Virus record (IMG/VR): IMGVR_UViG_3300030395_000713
Location: 1 to 28,773 of that record
Strand: one strand, 5' to 3'
Length of the DNA stretch: 28,773 nt
DNA from: a virus
Taxonomy: Duplodnaviria > Caudoviricetes
Part shown: piece after piece, positions 9,618 to 17,252 of the stretch
Layout of the letters: each line of letters starts with the position of its first letter
Numbering within the stretch: the stretch's first letter is position 1
The notes under the pieces: model-generated
What the model saw: the letters and a program-made list of their open reading frames with translations, nothing else
Databases searched by the model: none
What the model was told of the DNA's origin: nothing
Made by a program: the position numbers and the translations under genes

Positions 9618-10605
9618 ACCTAACACAGGCAGCATTAATGATATTGCAAATTTAATATCAGAACCGCCACAAAAACTAGAAGATAATCTGAACGAAGTTG
9701 CTGAAGCAGTTATGGAGGAACCTCAGGACACTGAGACTGATGAAACTGTAGAAGTAGCCGAAAGTGAGGATGTCGCTGACCACGAAAGCGATGAAGTAGA
9801 AGAAATCGTGGATGAGGATGGGCTAAATGACGACGAAGCCGTTCCCTTCGAACTTTCTGATGATATGGAACTTGAGTATAAAAGCGATGGTGAAATAAAG
9901 AAGGCAACCATAGGGGAGCTAAAGCGAAGTGCCGCAGGACAAGACTACATCCAAAAGGGTATGGAACAAAATGCAAAAGTTAAAAAAGAACTAGAGCAAC
10001 TTACCCAAACAATGCAACAAGACCGTGCAAAGTTAAGTGAATTTATGCAAGCTATTGAAAACGGTGACATTCCGCAAAAACCTTTAATGCCGTCAAAGGA
10101 ACTTCAAGAAAGTGACCCTTTTGGTTATTTAGAGGCAATGGAAGAATATCGGCAAAACGTGACTGCATATGAGGAGTTTAAAGCGAAAGCTGATGAACAA
10201 CTCGCAGCTGACGAACAAATGCGTATTCAAGAAGAACAAAAGTATGCATCTGAACAGGCTGATCTTTTGCGAAAGGAAATGCCAGAGTTGAATGACCCCG
10301 AAAAAGGCAAACAGCTTTTAGAGGATATTCAAACTGTGGCAGTTGAATATTATCAAGTTCCTCCGCAAATTCTTGGCAGTTTAAAACATACATGGGAATT
10401 CAAGATTATGCGTGATGCCGTAGCCTATCGCAAACTGCAAACATCTAAAAAAGTTGTTGAAAAGACTAAAGGTGCAAGACCGATGGTCAAAGCGGGTGCG
10501 AAAAAAACAGCTAGTTCAACTAAAGTCATGAAACAAAAGCAAGCACGTTCTTCTATGCAAAAGTCAGGCAGCGTTGATGACGTTGCTAAATTTCTCTTGT
10601 CTTAA
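9604..10605 (+). CDS. Capsid scaffolding protein
   Basis: Acidic N-terminus, ELKRSAAGQDYIQKG motif, coiled coil, basic C-terminus ending SGSVDDVAKFLLS; directly upstream of the capsid gene. Confidence 0.85.
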   Translation: MSSTEPNTGSINDIANLISEPPQKLEDNLNEVAEAVMEEPQDTETDETVEVAESEDVADHESDEVEEIVDEDGLNDDEAVPFELSDDMELEYKSDGEIKKATIGELKRSAAGQDYIQKGMEQNAKVKKELEQLTQTMQQDRAKLSEFMQAIENGDIPQKPLMPSKELQESDPFGYLEAMEEYRQNVTAYEEFKAKADEQLAADEQMRIQEEQKYASEQADLLRKEMPELNDPEKGKQLLEDIQTVAVEYYQVPPQILGSLKHTWEFKIMRDAVAYRKLQTSKKVVEKTKGARPMVKAGAKKTASSTKVMKQKQARSSMQKSGSVDDVAKFLLS

Positions 10606-10620
10606 AGAAAGGACACTATC

Positions 10621-11613
10621 ATGGCTGTAACTGCCAACACAAACGAAACATACGATGTTTCTACAATAAGAGAGGATTTATCGGAGGCAATGGCTTCGAT
10701 AACGCCGACAGAAACTTTGCTGATGTCGACTATTGGCACACGCAATGTTGATAACACTTACTTCGAGTGGAGCGAGGTTGACTTGGCCGCCACTGGAGCG
10801 AACCGCCAAATCGAAGGCGACGTTGGGCTTTCAAATACTGCTCCAACAAATGCCGTAAGAAAAGGCGGGTACACGCAAATTTCAGCAAAAGTGGTCGAAG
10901 TATCTTCAACCAACCAAGCTGTAAACGGGGTCGCGAACGCTCAGACAGTTGCAAAACAAGTTGCTTACAAGCTGAGCGAGCTAAAACGTGACATGGAGGC
11001 AATGCTTCTAGATAACGTGGCGGCAAACGCAGGTGCTTCTGGTACTGCTAGAGCAACAGCGGGTCTTCCAGCTTACCTAACTTCGAACGTTTCACGTGGT
11101 ACTGGTGGTGCTAACGGCACAACCTCAGGAACAGGCGAAGCGGGTTTTGTTAACGCTGCGGCAACAGACGGGACACTACGTCCTATCACCGAGGCGCTTC
11201 TAAAAGGAGTTATTGCTGATTGTTGGAATGCGGGTGCTACACCTAAAATTGTTATGTGTGGTTCAGCGCAAAAGCAAAAAATATCAACTTTCACAGGCAA
11301 TGCTACTCGCTATAAAGAAGCCGAGGACAGCAAATTAAATGCTGCAATCGACGTTTATATCTCGGATTTCGGCGAAGTTCAGATCGTACCCAACAGGCAT
11401 ATGAGGGTGAGGACAGTGTCCAGTGTAGACTATACACCAGACGTATTAGTGCTTGATCCATCTTATGCTGAAGTTGCGTATCTACAAACAGCGAAGCAAG
11501 AACCTCTTGCGAAAACTGGTTTGTCAGAGCGTCGCTTAATTTCTTGTGAATATGGCTTACAAGTTACTTCACAAAAAGCGCATGGTATCATTGCAGATAT
11601 TAACGCAACATAA
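10621..11613 (+). CDS. Major capsid protein (DUF5309/SU10-like)
   Basis: IREDLSEAMASITPTETLL, FEWSEVDL, YTQISAK, ELKRDMEAML, DVYISDFGEVQIVPNRHM, LAKTGLSERRLISCEYGL motifs; AAGGA RBS. Confidence 0.93.
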   Translation: MAVTANTNETYDVSTIREDLSEAMASITPTETLLMSTIGTRNVDNTYFEWSEVDLAATGANRQIEGDVGLSNTAPTNAVRKGGYTQISAKVVEVSSTNQAVNGVANAQTVAKQVAYKLSELKRDMEAMLLDNVAANAGASGTARATAGLPAYLTSNVSRGTGGANGTTSGTGEAGFVNAAATDGTLRPITEALLKGVIADCWNAGATPKIVMCGSAQKQKISTFTGNATRYKEAEDSKLNAAIDVYISDFGEVQIVPNRHMRVRTVSSVDYTPDVLVLDPSYAEVAYLQTAKQEPLAKTGLSERRLISCEYGLQVTSQKAHGIIADINAT

Positions 11614-11618
11614 AATTA

Positions 11619-11640
11619 GGTGGGGCAGCAATGCCCCATC
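11619..11640 (+). terminator. GC-rich hairpin after the capsid gene (weak terminator or mRNA stabiliser)
   Basis: GGTGGGGCA-GCAA-TGCCCCATC: 9-bp stem with a GNRA loop but no U-tract. Confidence 0.55.
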
Positions 11641-11655
11641 CATTAGGAGGATATT

Positions 11656-11913
11656 ATGAAAGTTAAAATAACAACTGACAGAAAACCTTTTGTAAAAGGT
11701 GCAGCTGCTAACAAAGGTGATGAAATAGAAGTTGATGCAGAAGAAGGCGCTATTTTGTTGCAAGCGGGTTTTGCATTAGAATTAGGTGCTTCTAAACCAA
11801 AAAGGGCAAGAACAGCTAAAGGCAAATTGAAAGCCGACGATCCATCTACACCAGACATTAATGAAGCTTGGGAAGGTGGAAAAGCACCGAAAAAAAAGAA
11901 AGCTAAAAAATGA
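11656..11913 (+). CDS. Hypothetical basic phage protein
   Basis: Strong AGGAGG RBS; KADDPSTPDINEAWEGGKAPKKKK C-terminus. Confidence 0.75.
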   Translation: MKVKITTDRKPFVKGAAANKGDEIEVDAEEGAILLQAGFALELGASKPKRARTAKGKLKADDPSTPDINEAWEGGKAPKKKKAKK

Positions 11914-12185
11914 GTGTTGAAACAAAATATTTTGATGAAGACGGAAAAATTGTAATTAACCGCAGTCAGGATATTCAGCGCATTTTAGATTTTAACAAAG
12001 AGCGTAATATTGACGGTCACAACCGCAAATCAGATATGAGGCTTGCAGGGTCAATACCGTTTGTTGTTATTGAGATGTGGATGAAGGAATGCGGTGCAAA
12101 ACTAGGTAGCCAAGAACTTAACGAATACATTAAGAAAAAATTAATGTCGGGTGAGTTTAGCAAGTTGGTTGCTAACGGTTACTAG
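11910..12185 (+). CDS. Conserved phage protein downstream of the capsid gene
   Basis: Overlaps the upstream stop by 4 nt; QDIQRILDFNKE and MRLAGSIPFVVIEMW motifs. Confidence 0.75.
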   Translation: MSVETKYFDEDGKIVINRSQDIQRILDFNKERNIDGHNRKSDMRLAGSIPFVVIEMWMKECGAKLGSQELNEYIKKKLMSGEFSKLVANGY

Positions 12186-12602
12186 ATGGATTTGCCCAAG
12201 GTAAATATTGCGGTAGCTGCTTCGGCGGTGGTAGCGATAGTCAGTACAGTGGGCGGCGGTATCTGGTACGCTTCTCAGCAAGCATCGGTTATCGAAAGTC
12301 TTACAGAACAAGTTAACACTTTGACAATTGAAAATAACGCAACTGATCGCACAAATCTAATCAGGGATGTGGAACATAATGCGGAACAAATTGATGAATT
12401 GATTGATTATATAGTCGAACTTGAAGAGGAAGGAGAGGAAACTTTAGAAGACGTATATTCTGAATTTGAGGAAGTTTATGAAACACAAGAAGGGTTTTTG
12501 CTACAATTCAATCAAATAGTTCAATTGCAAGCGAGAGTTAAAACGCTTGAAAACACCTTAGAATACTTAACACGCAGCCCCGCACTTTCAGATGGAAGAT
12601 AG
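12186..12602 (+). CDS. Membrane-anchored coiled-coil protein (possible spanin-like lysis accessory)
   Basis: N-terminal hydrophobic segment (IAVAASAVVAIVSTVGGGIWYA) followed by an acidic coiled coil. Confidence 0.55.
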   Translation: MDLPKVNIAVAASAVVAIVSTVGGGIWYASQQASVIESLTEQVNTLTIENNATDRTNLIRDVEHNAEQIDELIDYIVELEEEGEETLEDVYSEFEEVYETQEGFLLQFNQIVQLQARVKTLENTLEYLTRSPALSDGR

Positions 12603-12604
12603 AA

Positions 12605-13060
12605 ATGGATCCGTTAACAATTCTCGCGGGACTGAAAACTGGTCTGGCGGCCGGCAAAACAATTTCAGCACTTTCTAAAGACATTGGTAAATTCTTTGAT
12701 GCAACCGATGCAGCCAAAAAAACTTTACAACAAAAAGGTGTATCAGCAAAAAGTACAAATGCAACAGCGATGGATCGGTGGGCAAAATTACGTCAGGCGG
12801 CAGAGGCCGAAGAGGAATTAAAAGAGTGGATCACGCAAACCTACGGAAGGAGCAAATACTTAGAACTTTTAAAAATTCGTAGGGAAGTATTGGCAGAAAA
12901 GCGTGAAGCAGAGGCTCAGGCGAGGCGTGATGCCATAGAACGGCAAGAAATGATGATAACCATAGCTGGAATCGTTGTGCTGCTCCTGTTCTCCGCGGTG
13001 GGCGCCACGGCATATCTCCATTATATGGGGTGGTTAGACGTTCGGGATTTTTTTAGATGA
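12605..13060 (+). CDS. Coiled-coil protein with C-terminal transmembrane helix
   Basis: MDPLTILAG N-terminus, central coiled coil, TM segment MMITIAGIVVLLLFSAVGATAYL. Confidence 0.7.
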   Translation: MDPLTILAGLKTGLAAGKTISALSKDIGKFFDATDAAKKTLQQKGVSAKSTNATAMDRWAKLRQAAEAEEELKEWITQTYGRSKYLELLKIRREVLAEKREAEAQARRDAIERQEMMITIAGIVVLLLFSAVGATAYLHYMGWLDVRDFFR

Positions 13061-13233
13061 TATACGTTTTGGTTTTTATACAATTCTTAAATACAGACAA
13101 TTTGCGGTTCTATCAAATAGCAACCTTTCCTGAAATGAGCCAATGCCAAGAAGAAAAAAAGAAAGCAAGCGTCATGAAAAATCACACAAGTCAGGAACTT
13201 TTGTGTTTGGAGATAGTAACCCAATTGCAATAG
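13057..13233 (+). CDS. Small hypothetical protein, 58 aa (MIYVLVFIQFLNTDNLRFYQIATFPEMSQCQEEKKKASVMKNHTSQELLCLEIVTQLQ)
   Basis: Translated by hand, below the ORF-track cutoff; ATGA overlap with the upstream stop; hydrophobic N-terminus and two Cys. Confidence 0.65.
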   Translation: MIYVLVFIQFLNTDNLRFYQIATFPEMSQCQEEKKKASVMKNHTSQELLCLEIVTQLQ

Positions 13234-13352
13234 AACACGGCAAAAAATGGGCAGTTTATGATAAAAATGGACGTTTGATAATTTTAGGTTATAATCGGCG
13301 TGTATGTCAGGAGTATGCAGATGACAGATTTCGACAAGCTAGACAAAGATAA
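13203..13352 (+). CDS. Small hypothetical protein (3' part of the 13143 ORF; start uncertain)
   Basis: Fills the gap between 13233 and 13321; GKKWAVYDKNGRLIILGYNRRVCQEYA looks like a folded beta-hairpin/helix peptide. Confidence 0.4.
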   Translation: MFGDSNPIAIEHGKKWAVYDKNGRLIILGYNRRVCQEYADDRFRQARQR

Positions 13353-13635
13353 AAACGGCAATTTGAGCAAAAAAGAGTTTCAACAACTCGAAATAGAAGA
13401 TCGTAGATTAAAAATAGCGGATGCCGACGAAAAAAGGAATACTGAGAGATTGCTCGTTAAGGCGTGTTGTGCGGGGATGCTGTTGTATCCTTTTATTATT
13501 TTATTAGCGTCAGTCTTAGGTTTTGATGCAGCTGCTAGTTTAATAACAGACATTGCAAGCGTTTATGTTGTTGCTGCTAGTGGGGTTGTTGTCGGTTATT
13601 TTGGTTTCAATAGCATAAGGGACAAAAACGCATGA
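13321..13635 (+). CDS. EF-hand-containing two-TM membrane protein
   Basis: AGGAG before ATGs at 13315/13321; canonical loop DKDKNGNLSKKE; two C-terminal hydrophobic helices; overlaps the holin start (ATGA). Confidence 0.7.
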   Translation: MTDFDKLDKDKNGNLSKKEFQQLEIEDRRLKIADADEKRNTERLLVKACCAGMLLYPFIILLASVLGFDAAASLITDIASVYVVAASGVVVGYFGFNSIRDKNA

Positions 13636-14018
13636 TTGCTCAATTAATAGGACCGATAGCCAGTATTGCGGGCGGTTGGCTGCAAGGAAAAGCAGATGTG
13701 AAAGCCGCAGAAGCAAAACTGAAGCTAACGGAGGCTGAGGCAAAAGCAAAAATTATGCTTTCTAAGGAAACGTCAATCGCTGATTGGGAACGCATAATGG
13801 CACAAGGTTCACAGAACTCTTGGAAGGACGAGTGGCTAACAATTTTGTTCAGCATTCCACTTGTGCTTGTATTTTTAGGGGATACTGGACGACAAGTTGT
13901 TGCAGACGGTTTTGCAGCATTAGAAACAATGCCTGACTGGTATCAATATACATTAGGTGTAATTGTTGCGGCTAGTTTTGGAGTAAGGTCGGCAACTAAA
14001 TTTTTTGGGAGAAAGTAA
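13632..14018 (+). CDS. Holin (3-TM / GTA-type holin family)
   Basis: SQNSWKDEWLTILFSIP, GFAALETMPDWYQYTLGVIVAASFGVR motifs; directly upstream of the endolysin. Confidence 0.8.
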   Translation: MIAQLIGPIASIAGGWLQGKADVKAAEAKLKLTEAEAKAKIMLSKETSIADWERIMAQGSQNSWKDEWLTILFSIPLVLVFLGDTGRQVVADGFAALETMPDWYQYTLGVIVAASFGVRSATKFFGRK

Positions 14019-14485
14019 TGGCTTTTAAATTATCAAGTAGATCGCTCGGCAAGCTTGAGGGTGTCCACCCTGATATGGTTGAAACTGTACAAAAAGCGAT
14101 AGAACGTACAACCGTTGATTTTGGAGTGACGTATGGGGTCAGAAGTCAGGAAGAACAGCAACGTCTTTTCGATATGGGTAGAAGCCAAACAATGAAGTCT
14201 AAGCATTTAATCCAAGACAGTGGATTTTCACACGCTGTTGATTTAGTTGCTTATGACGGTTCTGAAGTTGTCTGGGAAATAAACGTTTATGACGAAATTG
14301 CGGATGCAATGGCTAGTGCAGCAAAGGAAGTAGGTTGTCGGCTTAGATGGGGTGCAGCATGGCACATAGATGACATAGGTGACTTCGAAGGTTCTATGGA
14401 AGATGCTATGAATGAATATATTGATTTAAGACGCTCACAAGGACGAAGACCCTTTATCGACGGACCGCATTTCGAATTGAGATAA
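14018..14485 (+). CDS. Endolysin, peptidase M15 family (L-Ala-D-Glu peptidase-like)
   Basis: FKLSSRSLGKLEGVHPD, GVRSQEEQ, SKHL, HAVDL, RWGAAW, DGPHFEL zinc-peptidase motifs. Confidence 0.92.
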   Translation: MAFKLSSRSLGKLEGVHPDMVETVQKAIERTTVDFGVTYGVRSQEEQQRLFDMGRSQTMKSKHLIQDSGFSHAVDLVAYDGSEVVWEINVYDEIADAMASAAKEVGCRLRWGAAWHIDDIGDFEGSMEDAMNEYIDLRRSQGRRPFIDGPHFELR

Positions 14486-14520
14486 AAAAAGGGGTGCATC
14501 GCTCATACTCGACACACCCC
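14484..14520 (-). terminator. Intrinsic terminator for the minus-strand operon (possibly bidirectional)
   Basis: Minus strand reads GGGGTGTGTCG-loop-CGATGCACCCC followed by T7; lies between convergent genes. Confidence 0.7.
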
Positions 14521-14560
14521 ACCACGATATTCGCGACTGTGCAAATCCTCTATAAAGGTT

Positions 14561-14767
14561 TTACCATGGTCGTGCAAGAGGTTTGACAATTTTTGATGCT
14601 ACATCACTAACATCACAGTAACCTTCTTGAGCATTTATCTGGTCATAAAGTGTGTTACTATTTAATAGTACACTCCAACAATCATCCTCACTAGCAAACC
14701 AAATGCTAACGTACATTATATTATCGAGAAGTGGGTATCCAAGTGTCAAAAGTGTGTAATATTCCAT
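14561..14767 (-). CDS. Hypothetical protein
   Basis: 68-aa ORF, last of the minus-strand operon; two Cys; ends KPLARPW. Confidence 0.6.
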   Translation of the reverse strand: MEYYTLLTLGYPLLDNIMYVSIWFASEDDCWSVLLNSNTLYDQINAQEGYCDVSDVASKIVKPLARPW

Positions 14768-14836
14768 TGTGTTTTCTGCTCGTTTTTTTTATAAGTAATT
14801 AGGGGAGGCAAATGCCATTAAGTTAAGTGATGTTCG

Positions 14837-15112
14837 TTAGTGTCGTTTAATCTCCTCCCCACGAATATTCCACGGCACCTTAGGCAAACTTATTCGCTGA
14901 TTAGCTATTTTCTTTTTATCAGTTTCTACTGACGTTTTGCCACCGTATTGCTTGGCAAACTCTACACCAAATCTAAATGCGTGTGTTCTAAGAGAATTTG
15001 TGTCTATTCCCATTGCTCTTGATGCTTCTGTTATTGTTAAATGACTGAATAGTTCAAAAAGTTCTTTCACGTCTTCTGCTTGTTTTTTTCTTAATTGCTC
15101 CCACGGTTTCAT
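14837..15112 (-). CDS. Putative HTH DNA-binding protein
   Basis: LTITEASRAMGIDTNSLRTHA resembles a helix-turn-helix; strong GGAG RBS. Confidence 0.55.
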   Translation of the reverse strand: MKPWEQLRKKQAEDVKELFELFSHLTITEASRAMGIDTNSLRTHAFRFGVEFAKQYGGKTSVETDKKKIANQRISLPKVPWNIRGEEIKRH

Positions 15113-15288
15113 ATTCTAACTCCTTCCTCCCTGAGTTTTTTGATTAATACTTTCATAGCTTCTTGTGCATCCCTATAGTCTTGCTTAACTGAGGGCGGTG
15201 CGTTTGGTAGTAAGGCTAGAGGTTCTAGCCTATCTATTTCTCTTTTTATACTGTCTCGAGTATCTCTATCTTCTGGTTTTATTTCCAT
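15109..15288 (-). CDS. Hypothetical protein, 59 aa (MEIKPEDRDTRDSIKREIDRLEP...LREEGVRI)
   Basis: Translated by hand; AGAGG RBS; ATGA overlap with the next gene. Confidence 0.7.
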   Translation of the reverse strand: MEIKPEDRDTRDSIKREIDRLEPLALLPNAPPSVKQDYRDAQEAMKVLIKKLREEGVRI

Positions 15289-15300
15289 TTTTTGCCTCTT

Positions 15301-15498
15301 TTATTTTTGCCTGAGATTATTATCCTTTTCAAAACTAAACCATTTTTTTCGAAATGAGTTAGTAAATTCATCCATCTTAACTCTAAAAGTTTCTGGTTCT
15401 TCAATAAAACTTTTACCGTCTTCTTCTACCCATGCTGCAATATGCTGAAGCACAAAGTTTTCTAGTTTATCTTTCGTCAGTGGTGTTTTCACTGTCAT
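15301..15498 (-). CDS. Hypothetical protein (start MTVKTPL)
   Basis: GGGAG RBS favours the ATG at 15498 over 15522. Confidence 0.6.
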   Translation of the reverse strand: MTVKTPLTKDKLENFVLQHIAAWVEEDGKSFIEEPETFRVKMDEFTNSFRKKWFSFEKDNNLRQK

Positions 15499-15625
15499 TT
15501 TTTTTCTCCCTTCTTTTTTCATACTGACAAGCGTGACGCATAGTAGCGCAACCGTAACAATCGCAGTCAGGATTTAAAAATTCATCTTCATCGTACGGAT
15601 TTTCATATGGGTTATTAAATTTCAT
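15467..15625 (-). CDS. Small Cys-rich protein, 52 aa (MKFNNPYENPYDEDEFLNPDCDCYGCATMRHACQYEK...)
   Basis: Translated by hand; ATGA-coupled to the upstream ORF; CxCxxC...C cluster. Confidence 0.55.
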   Translation of the reverse strand: MKFNNPYENPYDEDEFLNPDCDCYGCATMRHACQYEKRREKKNDSENTTDER

Positions 15626-15717
15626 TGCATCACCATAAAGCTATCTATGTTAATTGCTAGTATAGTGAAAAATATAGCCATGATGACTAAAATTATTTTA
15701 TCTTGCCAATCAATCAT
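15622..15717 (-). CDS. Small single-TM peptide, 31 aa (MIDWQDKIILVIMAIFFTILAINIDSFMVMQ)
   Basis: Translated by hand; overlaps both neighbours; GGAG upstream; one hydrophobic helix. Confidence 0.55.
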   Translation of the reverse strand: MIDWQDKIILVIMAIFFTILAINIDSFMVMQ

Positions 15718-15979
15718 CTAACTGCTCCGTAATTCTAAGTGCTTCTTCATCAGCTTCATAAAAACCGTCCTCTAGTTCTTTTTTAATGTAAGCAATTACT
15801 GATCTTAAAGACCCTTCAAAATAGACAACAGTAGCTTGACTTGTAGCCCAACACATTTTTGGTGGAGCATCAAAAGTAATATTCCACTCGCCAAAACTTG
15901 TATCGTAATGATAATCAAAAGTGACGCCATGAGGTTCACATATTGTTTTCAATTTCTGAAAAGTTTTCTTCTCAATCAT
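15710..15979 (-). CDS. Hypothetical protein
   Basis: ORF in a tightly overlapping minus-strand operon. Confidence 0.7.
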   Translation of the reverse strand: MIEKKTFQKLKTICEPHGVTFDYHYDTSFGEWNITFDAPPKMCWATSQATVVYFEGSLRSVIAYIKKELEDGFYEADEEALRITEQLDD

Positions 15980-16241
15980 CGAACCACCCTATTTCCCTTC
16001 CAGCTGCTTTGATTGCTCGCATCAACTCTATTGCTTGCTCTTGTGAGTGAAGGAAAACATATTGATATTCACCTTGTGGATCTTCAACAGATAAATGCTC
16101 ATAATTATGTTCTTCTTCGGGATGACGAAAAACATTTGTATTTACGTGCAACAAGCTTTCACTTTCTTGCTCATTGTAATGTGACACCGTTCTAATTAAC
16201 GTTTTTGTATATTGCGGTGCGGGTTTTGCTTTTTTAGCCAT
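15972..16241 (-). CDS. Hypothetical protein
   Basis: GGAGG RBS; TAATG coupling to the upstream gene. Confidence 0.7.
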   Translation of the reverse strand: MAKKAKPAPQYTKTLIRTVSHYNEQESESLLHVNTNVFRHPEEEHNYEHLSVEDPQGEYQYVFLHSQEQAIELMRAIKAAGREIGWFDD

Positions 16242-16519
16242 TAGAAATCCTCCTTATATGCATCATAGGCTGAATCGTCGTAATCTAGCGGTGCTGTACA
16301 GATTGCGTCGTTAATTAAATCTTCAAAATTCTTTTCAACATAAGCTTTCATGCGAGGTGGTAAATCTTTCACGATACCTTTTTTACTATGCCAAGCTAGT
16401 TCAATGTTGTCTGGAACTCTATCACCGTCTACGTCTGCATAAATATCTATAACAAACTCTTGACCGCGAACTTCTATCTCAATTTCGGTGCTTACTGAGT
16501 AATTCATATTATTCACCAT
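16241..16519 (-). CDS. Hypothetical acidic protein (start could be the second Met, 16507)
   Basis: ORF in operon; acidic C-terminus. Confidence 0.65.
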   Translation of the reverse strand: MVNNMNYSVSTEIEIEVRGQEFVIDIYADVDGDRVPDNIELAWHSKKGIVKDLPPRMKAYVEKNFEDLINDAICTAPLDYDDSAYDAYKEDF

Positions 16520-16703
16520 ACATATATTTTTCTGCCCACTTGACGAACTTTCCTAAGTCTTCGCCTTCAGCAATTCCGTAGTAACTTGCAGCTTGCTTGA
16601 GTGCAGATCGGTGTTCTAAATCTTCAGACATTTCAATTAATTCTAATGCTTCTATAAATGCTCTGTGATAAACATTGTTAAAATCTAAGGTTTCTGTAGT
16701 CAT
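16509..16703 (-). CDS. Hypothetical protein, first gene of the leftward early operon
   Basis: AAGGGA RBS downstream of the predicted promoter; SALKQAASYYGIAEGEDLGKFVKWA. Confidence 0.7.
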   Translation of the reverse strand: MTTETLDFNNVYHRAFIEALELIEMSEDLEHRSALKQAASYYGIAEGEDLGKFVKWAEKYMYGE

Positions 16704-16720
16704 TCTAAAAATTCCCTTTA

Positions 16721-16853
16721 TTGCTTATATGTAAACTTTACAGTATATAATCGTAAACATCAAGCACTTTTTTTGTAAAGTTACGTTACGTCACTTTACT
16801 ATTTATATGGTTGCACTTTACGAAATTATAATTTAATCTTTACACATAAGCAA
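16721..16853. promoter_or_regulatory. Divergent pair of sigma70-like promoters with phased TTTAC boxes
   Basis: Minus: TTGATG-17-TAAAGT; plus: TTGCAC-17-TAATCT; GTAAA at 16731/16753/16775 and TTTAC at 16795/16817/16839; dyad centre 16787. Confidence 0.75.
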
Positions 16854-16868
16854 TTAATGGAGATTATT

Positions 16869-17030
16869 ATGACTGAAGAACTTAAATCATTACTTGAGCA
16901 AATCAGTGAAGAAATTACTAGAATTAATATAGCTGCGGGTGAAACACGTTTTAACCCATCACTCACAGGTGAACTTAGAGAAATTCTTTATGAACTTCGA
17001 ACAACACCATTGCCGAGAAAGGAGGTGTAA
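16869..17030 (+). CDS. Hypothetical protein, 53 aa (MTEELKSLLEQISEEITRINIAAGETRFNPSLTGELREILYELRTTPLPRKEV)
   Basis: Translated by hand; GGAG RBS right after the plus-strand promoter. Confidence 0.7.
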   Translation: MTEELKSLLEQISEEITRINIAAGETRFNPSLTGELREILYELRTTPLPRKEV

Positions 17031-17031
17031 T

Positions 17032-17250
17032 ATGCCGCTTATGTTTGAAACAAAAACTGTCGATATAAACATAAATACTTATCAAGGCGTAATTCAAGGA
17101 GACTTGATTGTTTATGAAAAGGGTGGAGATCCAGAGGAGGGTTTGGTTCTTTATGGTTTTGATGAAGTCGGTCTTTTTGATCATGAGTTTAAAAATCCTC
17201 AGTATGCATTTAGCACTGATGATTTAGACTACGAATTTGTAGGAGTGTAA
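17032..17250 (+). CDS. Hypothetical protein (start MPLMFETK)
   Basis: AAGGAGGT RBS at about 17019-17026 supports the ATG at 17032 rather than 16939. Confidence 0.7.
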   Translation: MPLMFETKTVDININTYQGVIQGDLIVYEKGGDPEEGLVLYGFDEVGLFDHEFKNPQYAFSTDDLDYEFVGV

Positions 17251-17252
17251 TT

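Noticed and set aside
13143-13202. 5' part of ORF 13143..13352 (MPRRKKESKRHEK...)
   Set aside because: It overlaps the better-coupled 13057..13233 ORF in another frame; only the 3' part is kept, at low confidence
249-14499. Many minus-strand ORFs in the structural region (e.g. 8302..8937, 4925..5299, 5603..5935)
   Set aside because: They lie fully antisense to well-supported genes, lack RBSs and have shadow-ORF composition
16939-17031. Upstream start of ORF 16939..17250 (likewise 18376 for rusA and 19835, 20169, 21204 on the minus strand)
   Set aside because: Each overlaps another supported gene extensively; downstream starts have better RBSs or coupling
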